From NCBI RefSeq assembly GCF_007748055.1, contig NZ_CP036279.1: DNA of 64,000 nt; one strand, given 5' to 3'. Under the pieces are notes generated by a model. That model saw nothing but the letters and a program-made list of their open reading frames with translations, was not told the origin of the DNA and made no database searches. Of the stretch, positions 39,432 through 49,251 are shown piece after piece. Both the position numbers and the translations under genes were made by a program. The stretch is from Kolteria novifilia (GTDB lineage: Bacteria; Planctomycetota; Planctomycetia; Kolteriales; Kolteriaceae). Positions within the stretch are counted from its first letter, which is position 1. The number at the start of each line of letters is the position of its first letter.

Positions 39432-40185
39432 GTGGGATCGTGGGATCGTGGGATCGTGGGATCGTGGGATCGTGGGATCGTGGGATCGTGGGATCGTGGG
39501 ATCGTGGGATCGTGGGATCGTGGGATCGTGGGATCGTGGGATCGTGGGATCGTGGGATCGTGGGATCGTGGGATCGTGGGATCGTGGGATCGTGGGATCG
39601 TGGGATCGTGGGATCGTGGGATCGTGGGATCGTGGGATCGTGGATCGTGGGATCGTGGGATCGTGGGATCGTGGGATCGTGGGATCGTGGGATCGTGGGA
39701 TCGTGGATCGTGGGATCGTGGGATCGTGGGATCGTGGGATCGTGGGATCGTGGGATCGTGGGATCGTGGGATCGTGGGATCGTGGGATCGTGGGATCGTG
39801 GATCGTGGGATCGTGGGATCGTGGATCGTGGGATCGTGGGATCGTGGGATCGTGGGATCGTGGGATCGTGGGATCGTGGGATCGTGGGATCGTGGGATCG
39901 TGGGATCGTGGGATCGTGGGATCGTGGGATCGTGGGATCGTGGGATCGTGGGATCGTGGATCGTGGGATCGTGGGATCGTGGGATCGTGGGATCGTGGAT
40001 CGTGGGATCGTGGGATCGTGGGATCGTGGGATCGTGGGATCGTGGGATCGTGGGATCGTGGGATCGTGGGATCGTGGGATCGTGGGATCGTGGGGATCGT
40101 GGGATCGTGGGATCGGTGGGATCGTGGGATCGTGGGATCGTGGGATCGTGGGATCGTGGGATCGTGGGATCGTGGGATCGTGGGG
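39432..40185. repeat. 8-bp microsatellite (GGGATCGT)n, about 94 copies with a few 7- and 9-bp variant units
   Basis: Direct reading of 39421..40190. Every unit carries a GGG tract and a GATC. ORFs in all six frames across it (for example 38518..40212 and 39317..40270) are repeat artefacts. Confidence 0.95.
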
Positions 40186-40291
40186 GCGAGCTTGGCATGC
40201 GCCGTGGAGCAAACGTTCTCACTCCTCGGAAACCCCTGGCCGGCAATCGATCAGGGGCAACGATCGTTGAAGGGTCGGACGACGCGCTCGC

Positions 40292-43200
40292 TCAGGCCGA
40301 ATGGTGGGCCGGTGAGGAGGATCGCCCGAGGAGATGCAGGCACTGGTCCCGGACGTACATCGTGATCGAGAAGAGGGTCGGCACCAGGAAGAGCGTGAAG
40401 ACGGTCGAGACCATCAGCCCACCGAGCACCACGCTCCCCAGACCGCGATAGAGCTCGCTTCCCGCGCCGGGAAAGAGCACCAGCGGCAAGAGACCGAGGA
40501 CGGTCGTCATCGTCGTCATGAAGATCGGCCGGATACGTGTCTGGACGCTCGCGAGAATCGCCTCGGTCGGAGCCATGTCGTCTTCACGCATGTGGTTGAG
40601 CGACTGATGGACGATGAGGATCGGGTTGTTGACGACCGTGCCGATCAACACGACGAAGCCCAGCATCGTCAAGACGTCGAGCTGTTGCGGAAGCTGTCCC
40701 ATCGAGGCCAGGTAGATGTTGAGCGCGTAGAGACCGAGCACTCCACCCACCGCGCCGAGCGGCACACTGAAGATGATCACGAATGGGTAGAGCCAAGATT
40801 CGAAGAGCGCCGCCATCAAGAGATAGGTGATCAGGAGCGCCAGAAAGATGTTAAACCGCAGCGCTTGCCATGTGTCGCGGAGCTTGTCGGCCGTTCCGGC
40901 GAGATGGATGCGATAGCCACCCTTGAGCGAGCCCTGTTCGGAGATCTTGGCGACGACCTCCTGCTGAATGAGGGTCATCGCGTCCTCGAGGGCCATCGCC
41001 GGCGGTGGAGAGACCTCGACGGTGATGGCGCGGATTCGTTCGCGATGATTGATCTGCTCGGGGCCGCTGCTCAACTGAATGCTCGCGAGCGCTTCCAGGG
41101 GAACGACGGCGCCGATCGGGGTGGCGACCGGCAGGGCGCGGACATCTTGCGAACGCTGGGCGAACTGTTCCTGGCCGAGGATCGTCAGGTCGATCTTGTC
41201 ACCCTCGAGGAAGTAGTCGCCGGCGTAGGCCCCGTCGATGAGGGCGTTGGCCGCGTAGCCGAGATCGCTACTGTTGACGCCCATCTGCGCGGCTTGGATC
41301 AGCTTCGGACGAATGTGCATTTCCGGACTCGACAGGTCGAGGCTGGGGACCGGCCGCGCTTGGGCGTCGGGCATCAACGTCTTGACCATGCCCATGACTT
41401 GCCCGCCCAACGCGACGAGCTGTGGAAGATCGGGGCCGGTGATCTCGACGTCGATGGTTCGGCCGGCGCTGAGGCCGCGCTCGAAGAGGCTCGATTGCTT
41501 GGCCACCATGAACGTTCCAGGGAGTTCCTTGCCCGCTTTTTGCACGAGCGGAACCAGGTCGCTCGCTCGCGACTGATCGAGAGCCCGGACGCCGACGAAG
41601 ACACGCCGATCGCGCGAGACGAAGAAGAAGTCACCGATGGCGGGATAGTCCAACGCCTCCAGGTCGACTTCGGCGGGATCGATGTCCCAATAGGGCTGAA
41701 GTGTCGTCTCGACGACCTTGCCCATGCTCGTGAGTTCGTCGAGGTTATAGCCCGGCGGGGGCAGAAGGATCCCGAAGATGAGGTTCCGGTTGCCCGTCGG
41801 TAGATATTCGACTTTCGGCCAGAAGAGATAGCTCAGTCCCAGCGACATCCCGACCAAGAGACCGATGACGAGCAACTGCCTCGCCACGTGTCGCTGGACC
41901 CAGGAGTTCAGCCCGATCACTCCACCGATGAATGCGCCGCCGATGGAATTGACGCCGCGAATCATGCGCGAACGCAGTTCGGTGCCGTCGGCTTGATCGA
42001 AGGAATCGGCATCGGAGTGACCGCCGGGATCATCATCCTGATGGTCGTGAAAGAGCCGTGCCGCCGCCGCGGGAATCACGACGACCGAGACGACGAGCGA
42101 GAGACTTACCGCGGCACTAATCGCCAGCGCGATGTCGCGGAAGAGTTGCCCCGCTTCCTCCTGCACGAAGACGATCGGTAGAAAGACCGCGACGGTGGTC
42201 AGCGTCGAGGAGACGACCGCTCCCCAAACCTCTTCGGTTCCTTTCGCGGCGGCGGTGAAGGGGGGCTCGCCCATCGCGTGGCGGCGATAGATGTTCTCCA
42301 GCACCACGACCGCGTTGTCGACCAGCATGCCGACAGCGAACGCCATGCCCGCCAGACTCACGACGTTGAGCGACCGCCCGAGCAGGTGAAGAATGAGGAA
42401 GGTTCCCACAATACTGATCGGAATCGCCAGCCCGACCACCAAAGCTCCGCGAGCGAACCAGAAACCAGAGCCGATGATCAGCACGAGACAGACGGCGAAG
42501 AACCAAGGTGAGACGTAGGCCGCTCCCAAGGCGCTGGCCAGGATGAGCGGAATCACGATCATCGCCCGCGTTCCGAAGTGAAGGAACGCCATCAGCACGA
42601 CCATCGTCAGCGCGCCGCCGATGAAGATGTTCTGTCGGACCAGGTCGATCGAGGAGTAGATGTAGTCCGTTTCATCGTAGACTTGAACGATTTCCAGGCC
42701 GCGCTCGGCAAGCACGCCCTCGTTGAGTTCGTCGGCCACCTCGCGAAGCGTCGCCATCACATCGAGGACGTTGGCGCCCGTCTCCCGCAGCGCGTTGATC
42801 GCGATACAGGTCTCTCCGAAGCGGTAGACGAATCCATCAGGTTTCTTGTAGCCCAGCCGCGCCACGGCGACATCGCGAATGTAGACCGGAGCGCCGTCGC
42901 GAACCGCGAGCAGTTGCTCCTCGACTTGCTGAGGAGTCCGAAATTGGCCGAGGGTTCGCGTCACCCAACGACGCTTTCCCTCCCAGTAGTCGCCCGCGGA
43001 CGTGTCCTCGTTCTGCGTCGAGAGGACCCGTCGGACATCGTCGACGGTGAGCCGCGAAGCGGCGAGCTTCTGGGGGTCGACGACGACTTGGAGCTCGTTC
43101 TCCAACCCGCCCAGGACGTTGGCTTGGGATACGCCGTAGACCCGTTCGAAGCGCGATTCGATCTCGTCCTCGGCGAATCGCCGCAACTTGATCACGTCGA

Positions 43201-43798
43201 GATCTTCGGGCGGAAGCAGCTTCTGAAAGCGATCGTCGGTCGCGGCCAGACGCCGCAAACGCATCATGATCAGCGACTCAGAGGATCGCAGGACCGAGTC
43301 GATCTCTTCCTTGAGGTCGGGATTCTCCTTTTGGAAGGTGAGAAGATCCTCCCTGGAGGGGCGACGGGCGCTGAGCATGAACCACGCGATTGGCCGATCG
43401 TTGGCGTCCGCGGTACTCAGGACCGGCTTGTCGGAGTCCTCGGGGTAGTCGCGAACCTGTTCCAAGCGGCTAACGACATCGACGACCGCTTTGCGCATGT
43501 CGGTCCCGACGGCGAACTCGAGGATCACCCGCCCGCGCGAGTCGGAGCTTTCGGAGGACATCTCGCTGACGCCTTCGACGCCCTTGAGCTGTTCCTCCTG
43601 CTCGACGATGATTTCCTGCTCGATCTCTTGGGGGCTGGCGCCCTGCCACGTCGTATCGACGGTGATCGTGGGAGTTTGGACTTCGGGGGTGAGCTGAAGC
43701 GGCATTTGGTCGACGGCGACCAAGCCGAACAGACTCACCATAAGGACACCGACAGAGACCTTGATCGGATGCCGGATGAGAGAATCGACAAGCCCCAT
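40292..43798 (-). CDS. RND efflux transporter permease (AcrB/CzcA family)
   Basis: Start at M26 of ORF 40292..43873 (MGLVDSLIRHPIKVSVGVLMVSLFGLVAV), as in typical AcrB N-termini. It has 12-TM RND architecture. Confidence 0.9.
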   Translation of the reverse strand: MGLVDSLIRHPIKVSVGVLMVSLFGLVAVDQMPLQLTPEVQTPTITVDTTWQGASPQEIEQEIIVEQEEQLKGVEGVSEMSSESSDSRGRVILEFAVGTDMRKAVVDVVSRLEQVRDYPEDSDKPVLSTADANDRPIAWFMLSARRPSREDLLTFQKENPDLKEEIDSVLRSSESLIMMRLRRLAATDDRFQKLLPPEDLDVIKLRRFAEDEIESRFERVYGVSQANVLGGLENELQVVVDPQKLAASRLTVDDVRRVLSTQNEDTSAGDYWEGKRRWVTRTLGQFRTPQQVEEQLLAVRDGAPVYIRDVAVARLGYKKPDGFVYRFGETCIAINALRETGANVLDVMATLREVADELNEGVLAERGLEIVQVYDETDYIYSSIDLVRQNIFIGGALTMVVLMAFLHFGTRAMIVIPLILASALGAAYVSPWFFAVCLVLIIGSGFWFARGALVVGLAIPISIVGTFLILHLLGRSLNVVSLAGMAFAVGMLVDNAVVVLENIYRRHAMGEPPFTAAAKGTEEVWGAVVSSTLTTVAVFLPIVFVQEEAGQLFRDIALAISAAVSLSLVVSVVVIPAAAARLFHDHQDDDPGGHSDADSFDQADGTELRSRMIRGVNSIGGAFIGGVIGLNSWVQRHVARQLLVIGLLVGMSLGLSYLFWPKVEYLPTGNRNLIFGILLPPPGYNLDELTSMGKVVETTLQPYWDIDPAEVDLEALDYPAIGDFFFVSRDRRVFVGVRALDQSRASDLVPLVQKAGKELPGTFMVAKQSSLFERGLSAGRTIDVEITGPDLPQLVALGGQVMGMVKTLMPDAQARPVPSLDLSSPEMHIRPKLIQAAQMGVNSSDLGYAANALIDGAYAGDYFLEGDKIDLTILGQEQFAQRSQDVRALPVATPIGAVVPLEALASIQLSSGPEQINHRERIRAITVEVSPPPAMALEDAMTLIQQEVVAKISEQGSLKGGYRIHLAGTADKLRDTWQALRFNIFLALLITYLLMAALFESWLYPFVIIFSVPLGAVGGVLGLYALNIYLASMGQLPQQLDVLTMLGFVVLIGTVVNNPILIVHQSLNHMREDDMAPTEAILASVQTRIRPIFMTTMTTVLGLLPLVLFPGAGSELYRGLGSVVLGGLMVSTVFTLFLVPTLFSITMYVRDQCLHLLGRSSSPAHHSA

Positions 43799-43830
43799 GG
43801 TTTGCGCTTTTCCTGCGTCAACAAACTGTG

Positions 43831-45192
43831 CTAGAGAGAACTGACCGCGCTGGAGTTGGTCGTGCTCGTCCAACGGACGATGGAGGGTTTGCCCGGACTT
43901 GGTGGCTGAATCCGTTCGTTGCCCTTGATGACGACCAGTTGACCGGCCTTGAGGGCGCCGTCGACGGCGATTCGATTTCCGTCGGCGACTCCCAGAGTGA
44001 CCGGGATCGGCTGGACCGGGCCTTCATGCCAGGACAAGCCGTTGGGACCGTCGACCGACTGAACATCGCTGGGATCGACCGTCCAGACCACCGCGTTTCG
44101 TCCCTTGATGACCAGGGCGTCCTTGGGGACGAGGATCGCGGGGCGCGTCGGTCCCGTCGGGAGCGTGACCCGAGACATCATGCCGGCCTTAATGAGCGGA
44201 TGATTGTCGACCATGCGATTCTCGACGCGAACCTTCACCGGGAACGTTCGGGTTCGTCCGTCGGCCTTGGGAATGATACTCGCCACCTCGCCGACGAAGA
44301 CCTCGCTGGGAAGGGCGGAGATCTCGACACGAACCTCGTCGCCAATCCGCAGGTGCGGGACATGATCCTCGAGCACGTGCGATTCGACCTCGACGATGTC
44401 GAGAGCGACGACCTCGGCGACGGGATCGCCTTGGCTGACCCACGCGCCCAGTTCGGTGTGTTCGACGGTGACGAAACCGTCGAAACGCGAGATGATGGTG
44501 TGCTTTTTCATCTGATCGCTCAGTTTCTCAACCAGGGCACGCTGCATCGCGACGCGGGCGCGGGCTTGGGCGAGCACCTCCTTGCGGGGGCCTTCGATCA
44601 CCAAATCGAGCACCGCCTTGGCTTCGTCGAGCATCTCGGCCGCTTCGATCGAGCCGGAGACCGCGAGTTCGAGTTCTTCGACGGAGAGGGCCTTGCTGCG
44701 CCGATAGATCTGCTCGGCGCGTTCCCTCTTGGCCTGGTGGTACTCCATGAGAGCTTCGGCCGCCTTCATCCGTGCCTTCGCCTGGGCGATCTCTTGCGGA
44801 CGCGATCCGTTCTCCAGTTCGGCGAGTTCCTGCTCGCGAAGTTGGAACTCTGCCTTGGCGCTTTCGAGCTCCAACGCGATCGTTTCGGTCATCAATTGAG
44901 CGAGTTTTTGGCCTTTTTCGACGCGATCGCCCTCATTGGCCGCCAATTCGATCACGCGACCGTGAACGGCGCTACCGACGACGGCGGTTCGTGAGGGATG
45001 GGCCGTGCCGACGAAGGTCTGCCCAGTCGAGATCTCGCGCTTGATCACGGGAGTGACCGCGACGACGGGGGCCTCATTCTGCGCGGACGCGGGCAAAGCG
45101 ATCAGACCGACGGCGAGCAAGGCGAGAATGGGAGAGAGAACGAGCATCGAAGATGGACGGGGTTCTCGGTTGGATGCGGTGGAGAGTTTCAT
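43831..45192 (-). CDS. RND efflux periplasmic adaptor (membrane fusion protein, HlyD family)
   Basis: Start at M14 (MKLSTASNREPRPSSMLVLSPILALLAVGLIALPASA), with GGAG 8 nt upstream. Coiled-coil and beta-barrel MFP sequence. It lies 32 bp upstream of the permease. Confidence 0.85.
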   Translation of the reverse strand: MKLSTASNREPRPSSMLVLSPILALLAVGLIALPASAQNEAPVVAVTPVIKREISTGQTFVGTAHPSRTAVVGSAVHGRVIELAANEGDRVEKGQKLAQLMTETIALELESAKAEFQLREQELAELENGSRPQEIAQAKARMKAAEALMEYHQAKRERAEQIYRRSKALSVEELELAVSGSIEAAEMLDEAKAVLDLVIEGPRKEVLAQARARVAMQRALVEKLSDQMKKHTIISRFDGFVTVEHTELGAWVSQGDPVAEVVALDIVEVESHVLEDHVPHLRIGDEVRVEISALPSEVFVGEVASIIPKADGRTRTFPVKVRVENRMVDNHPLIKAGMMSRVTLPTGPTRPAILVPKDALVIKGRNAVVWTVDPSDVQSVDGPNGLSWHEGPVQPIPVTLGVADGNRIAVDGALKAGQLVVIKGNERIQPPSPGKPSIVRWTSTTNSSAVSSL

Positions 45193-45708
45193 GAGCACTC
45201 CAAAGGAAGGACTAAATATGGTTCGGAGCATACGTCGCGTGTCTTCGTGGCGGACCGGCGCTTTCGTGAGCCATCGCGTCAGTCGAGAAACCGTCCTACG
45301 TGGTTACTGTCAACGCCGTCGACCGGTCCACAGGCGTCTTCGGATCGCCGGCTTGGTTGATCGTGCTCAGCATCCAGCCGAGCGGTGGTCTCGTGTCTTT
45401 ACCGCAACATCCCCTTGCGGTGAATTCAGGTGAGATCGAGGAAGCAGGGGTTCCGGGTGTGGGCGTCACTGCTCTGTAGGGGTGACGAGCGAATTCTTGA
45501 CCACTCATTCACCTAGTGCCGAGTCTACTCTCCGGTAAAGAAATTGGCAAGCGGAGAACTTACGCGAGTCGAAGTCGCCTCCCCGGCGCCGTTTCCGACG
45601 CGCCAGCGAGGGGTGAGGGGACTCAGCGCCTTGGCCCGAATGGCGTGACCAGTAGGTCGTGGCGGTTTGTCCCGAACAGGATCCCGAGCACCGCTTGATG
45701 TCCTCTCT

Positions 45709-48225
45709 TTATCCGTGACCCGAGTGGCCGTCCGTCGGCAGCGGTGGGGGAGCGATCGTTCGGCCGAAGAGTTCGTGGATCAATCCATCGCCGACCGCGG
45801 GGGATGCCACCACGTTGTCGCGACTGGTGTTGAAGGGAGCGATCAGCTCTTGGCTCTTCATCGAGGAGACGCGAACGCCCCCGAGGTAGGAGTCCTCGAA
45901 CGCGAAGAAACTGTCCAGTTGCTCGATGTTGGGATGGTGATGAACGTGGCTGAGCGGATCGTCGTCGACGTTGCCGTAGATCTTGATGTTGCCACGAGCT
46001 CCCGTCCCGGAACCGACGATCATGTCGGTGTAGCCGAAGCCTGTGATCTGTCCGGCTCCGACGAAGACGCCCCCCAGGAAGTCCGGGTCGAAGGCCATGA
46101 AATTGGCCATCAGGGCACTGACGGCGATCTCCCCGGTGGGGAGGATGTTGTTCAGTTGCTCGCTATCGATGACGCGAAGATGCGGGGGGCCACCGAAGCC
46201 GGCTCCGGTGATGATGGCGGCGAATCCATCGCCGACGATGTCTCCCGCCGCCACGCGCACTCCACCGGAAAAACTTGGGTCGTAGGCGTAGAAACTCGCG
46301 AGTTCGGCCAGTCCGACGGCATTGAACGCCCGAACGTGAGGCCCCGCGCCGGCGCCCGCTCCCACCACGAGGTCGCAGAAACCGTCGAGGTTGATATCGC
46401 CGCCGGAGACCGAGACGCCGCCGCGGAAGGACTGATCGAACGCGTAGAAACTGTAGAAGAGGGCACTGTCACTGATGACGCCATTCTCGTCGATCTGATC
46501 GAGCTTGGTTCCGTCGATGACCTTGACGTGCGGTCCGGCACCAGGGCCGGCGCCGACGACGACGTCGTAGAAGCCATCCTTGTTGACATCCCCGATCGCC
46601 GTGGAGACGCCCCCTAGGAAACTCGGATCGAACGCGAAGAAACGAGAGACGACCTCGTTGGTGACGGGGCTAATGATCTCGACGACGGGAGGGCTCCCCT
46701 CGTCGACGCTGACCGCGAAGATCGGATCGTTGGGGATCATGGTCACGCCCGCCATCATGCCGTGGTCTTCGTGAATGAGCCGATGGCAGTGGTAAACGAC
46801 ATCTCCCAGGAATTCCTGGAACTCGATCCGAATCGTGACCGTGGTGCCGGCCGGAATGTTGACGATGTCCTGCCAGATGCCGAGGCCTTGGGCGCCGACT
46901 GGTCCCGGTCCGGAGATCACTTGTTGGGGGTTGGTGTGGAAGTGGAAGGGGTGGTCCTGGGAAGAGGAGTTGACGAGCGTCCACTCCTCGATCGTGCCGA
47001 TTCTCGGTTGAAAGACCGGATTGTTCGGATAGGCCTGCGCGTTGATGAGCTGGAAGCCATTCTCGTCGCTGAACTCGGCAACCCGATAGGCGGCAATTTC
47101 CGTCGGCTCGACCACGCGCAGATCGCGGAAGAGGTTGTTCGGTGCCTGGAGCGTCGAACCGGTTTGGGGCGCGACGAACCCCGTCGGGGCGTCCCAGGGT
47201 TCTCCCTCGAAGCGAATGGTCATTAGGGTTCGGGCCGGCCATACGTTGGTCGGATCGGGATTCCCGGGAGATGGGCCGAACCCGATCGTTTCGAGCGTGT
47301 ACTCCTGGCCGGGAACGGGGTTGTCGGGCGCCTTGACGAGAACCGACCAGCGCGAACCCGTCGGCATGCCGAGGGTCGCCGGGTTGCCTGCGGGACGTGG
47401 GTTGCCCACTGTCGAGAAGGGTTGACCGTCCCGGGCGACCGCAAGCCATGGAATGGGCTCTTCGGGAGCGGTGGAGTCGATGAGTTGCAGTCGGTAGAAG
47501 GCATCGCTACCCGCGTTGACGATGTTGAAGACGCGCCATCCACCCGGCTGTATCGTCATCAGCGGATTGAGCTGCCCATTGACGGTAATGATCTGCTCGT
47601 CGTGGAACTCGCCGTCCGGCGGAACGCGAACTTCGCCGTCCTGAACCCAAGTGTGCTGGATAACGAGGTGGTTCTGAACGAGTCCGTCCAACTCCGGGAA
47701 TCCCCCGTCGGCCCGGCCGATGACGAGCATCCCGGCTTGTCCCTTCGCGACTTGCTCGTTGACCAGGCCGTGACGATGGGGATGGTACCAGTGGGTCCCG
47801 TCGGGATGGTCGTCGGGGATGTCGAACTCGTACTGAAACGACTCGCCCGGATCGATCTGAATCAACACGTTGTCGCTGTTGCCCAACGGAGAGACGTGCA
47901 AGCCGTGGGTATGGAGGTTGGTCTGTTGCGGCAGATCGTTGACGACGTTGATCCGCATCGTGTCGCCGGGATTGGCCTGGAGGAGCGGGGCGGAGAGCTC
48001 GCCGTTATACGTCCAGACGTTCTCGGCCAAGACATCACCGACCATCGCGGGGCCCACGGTTTGCATGAGCGTCACGTCGAGCACACCGTCTTGACTGGCG
48101 AGCAACTCGGGTTCTTGGAAGGGGTCGAGGACGGGAACAATCCGCTCGGATAGGCACTCGAATGTCAGGGCCGGATGCGTTATGGAGCTCAATTCTTGGT
48201 TCGCGTCGCCGCGTCGATCCGTCAT
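45709..48225 (-). CDS. Multicopper oxidase (laccase/CopA-like) fused to C-terminal FG-GAP (integrin-alpha-like) repeats
   Basis: Copper-ligand motifs HTHGLHV, WYHPHRHG and HCHRLIHEDHGMM. There are 4 or more FG-GAP-like repeats of the form FDPSFLGGVSTAIGDVNKDGFYDVVVGAGPGAGPHVKV. Confidence 0.85.
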   Translation of the reverse strand: MTDRRGDANQELSSITHPALTFECLSERIVPVLDPFQEPELLASQDGVLDVTLMQTVGPAMVGDVLAENVWTYNGELSAPLLQANPGDTMRINVVNDLPQQTNLHTHGLHVSPLGNSDNVLIQIDPGESFQYEFDIPDDHPDGTHWYHPHRHGLVNEQVAKGQAGMLVIGRADGGFPELDGLVQNHLVIQHTWVQDGEVRVPPDGEFHDEQIITVNGQLNPLMTIQPGGWRVFNIVNAGSDAFYRLQLIDSTAPEEPIPWLAVARDGQPFSTVGNPRPAGNPATLGMPTGSRWSVLVKAPDNPVPGQEYTLETIGFGPSPGNPDPTNVWPARTLMTIRFEGEPWDAPTGFVAPQTGSTLQAPNNLFRDLRVVEPTEIAAYRVAEFSDENGFQLINAQAYPNNPVFQPRIGTIEEWTLVNSSSQDHPFHFHTNPQQVISGPGPVGAQGLGIWQDIVNIPAGTTVTIRIEFQEFLGDVVYHCHRLIHEDHGMMAGVTMIPNDPIFAVSVDEGSPPVVEIISPVTNEVVSRFFAFDPSFLGGVSTAIGDVNKDGFYDVVVGAGPGAGPHVKVIDGTKLDQIDENGVISDSALFYSFYAFDQSFRGGVSVSGGDINLDGFCDLVVGAGAGAGPHVRAFNAVGLAELASFYAYDPSFSGGVRVAAGDIVGDGFAAIITGAGFGGPPHLRVIDSEQLNNILPTGEIAVSALMANFMAFDPDFLGGVFVGAGQITGFGYTDMIVGSGTGARGNIKIYGNVDDDPLSHVHHHPNIEQLDSFFAFEDSYLGGVRVSSMKSQELIAPFNTSRDNVVASPAVGDGLIHELFGRTIAPPPLPTDGHSGHG

Positions 48226-49251
48226 GGTTCCTCTCCGTCGGGTGCACCGTTCTGGTGTGACTGTATTTTGTAACGTGTTGTTTGGGAATAGGTTACGTTG
48301 CCGGTGGCTGCATGGTTACAAACCTGCACTTGGTACGCAAGAGGTAGGCGGGGAAGATTGGGTGAAGTTGAGAGGTCGATGCCGCATGACCGGAACGGGG
48401 AGCGGTTTCGGGGAGGTCGCGGAACGGCAAACGTCGAGCAACTCGTCGCCAGGGACATGGGAGATGGAAACGCCACCCGAAACCTGATGTCTCTGGGTGG
48501 CGTCGGAGGTCGGCTGCGAGTCCGACCGGCAAGGTGTGACTCGTGTTCGAGGCTTCTCTTGCGCGGTGACGAAACTTCGTCACCTCGCCGTTTGCCTGGA
48601 AAATTGGCTTGGTCCTGGAACGCCAACGCCCGAATCGGCTGAAAAACCAGGCCGGATTGGCTCGGTGACGCCGGGCCCCTGCAATGATACGCCACCTGGG
48701 TGGCGTCCGGATCCCACACGAGCCAGCCGGCCGAGGAGCGATCTCCCCTCTTCATGACCCACAGTTTCACAATAGAGCCACATGATTTTCCTCGCATTTC
48801 CACCACGCCGGTTTAATCACTACGGTTTGCTAGACGAAGTCCGGAGGAGCGAGCACTGGCAAGTCGCAACGACATCGCTTCGGAGGCGACGCGGATAAGA
48901 GCGGACACAAGTTCCATTGGAATGACACCTTTTGCAGGGTGATAGCGGTGGCTTTGAATACTATTATAAGCTCCATCGAAACCGCAATGGGCATTCGGCT
49001 GGTCAATGGCAGGGGATCCTCGTGCGGCCCACAAGACTGAACCGTCAAGCCCAAACTAGCCAAGTTGCGTTCCCAATCCTTGCACACTGTGGCGGAACCG
49101 AGAACAGATCGTACGCCGGTCCATTGCGTTTCGTTGAGAGCTAGGCAGTTTCTCTTCTCGACCGGAAAAGGCTCCAAAACAAATGGACAATCCATCGCTA
49201 CGCCAGGCTTCGTTGCCAGGACTGTGCCCGATTTCCCACGCGTTAGAGGAC

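Noticed and set aside
38518-40451. Long ORFs 38518..40212 (-), 39251..40246 (-), 39317..40270 (+), 39432..40451 (+), 39448..40365 (+) encoding HDPTIPRS / GIVGSWDR repeats
   Set aside because: These are translations of the 8-bp microsatellite in every frame. The flanking parts are antisense to the kinase and the RND genes, and the 7/9-bp variant units shift frame repeatedly.
40334-44994. + ORFs 40334..41803, 42578..43834 and 43828..44994
   Set aside because: Antisense to the RND permease and adaptor genes.
45667-48153. + ORFs 45667..46617 and 47422..48153
   Set aside because: Antisense to the multicopper oxidase gene.
48222-49195. Minus ORFs 48222..48806 and 48830..49195, and + ORF 48932..49144, upstream of the MTase
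   Set aside because: No start context, no domains, composition atypical; the region is better explained as a non-coding leader with palindromic sites. I considered a controller (C) protein but found no HTH.
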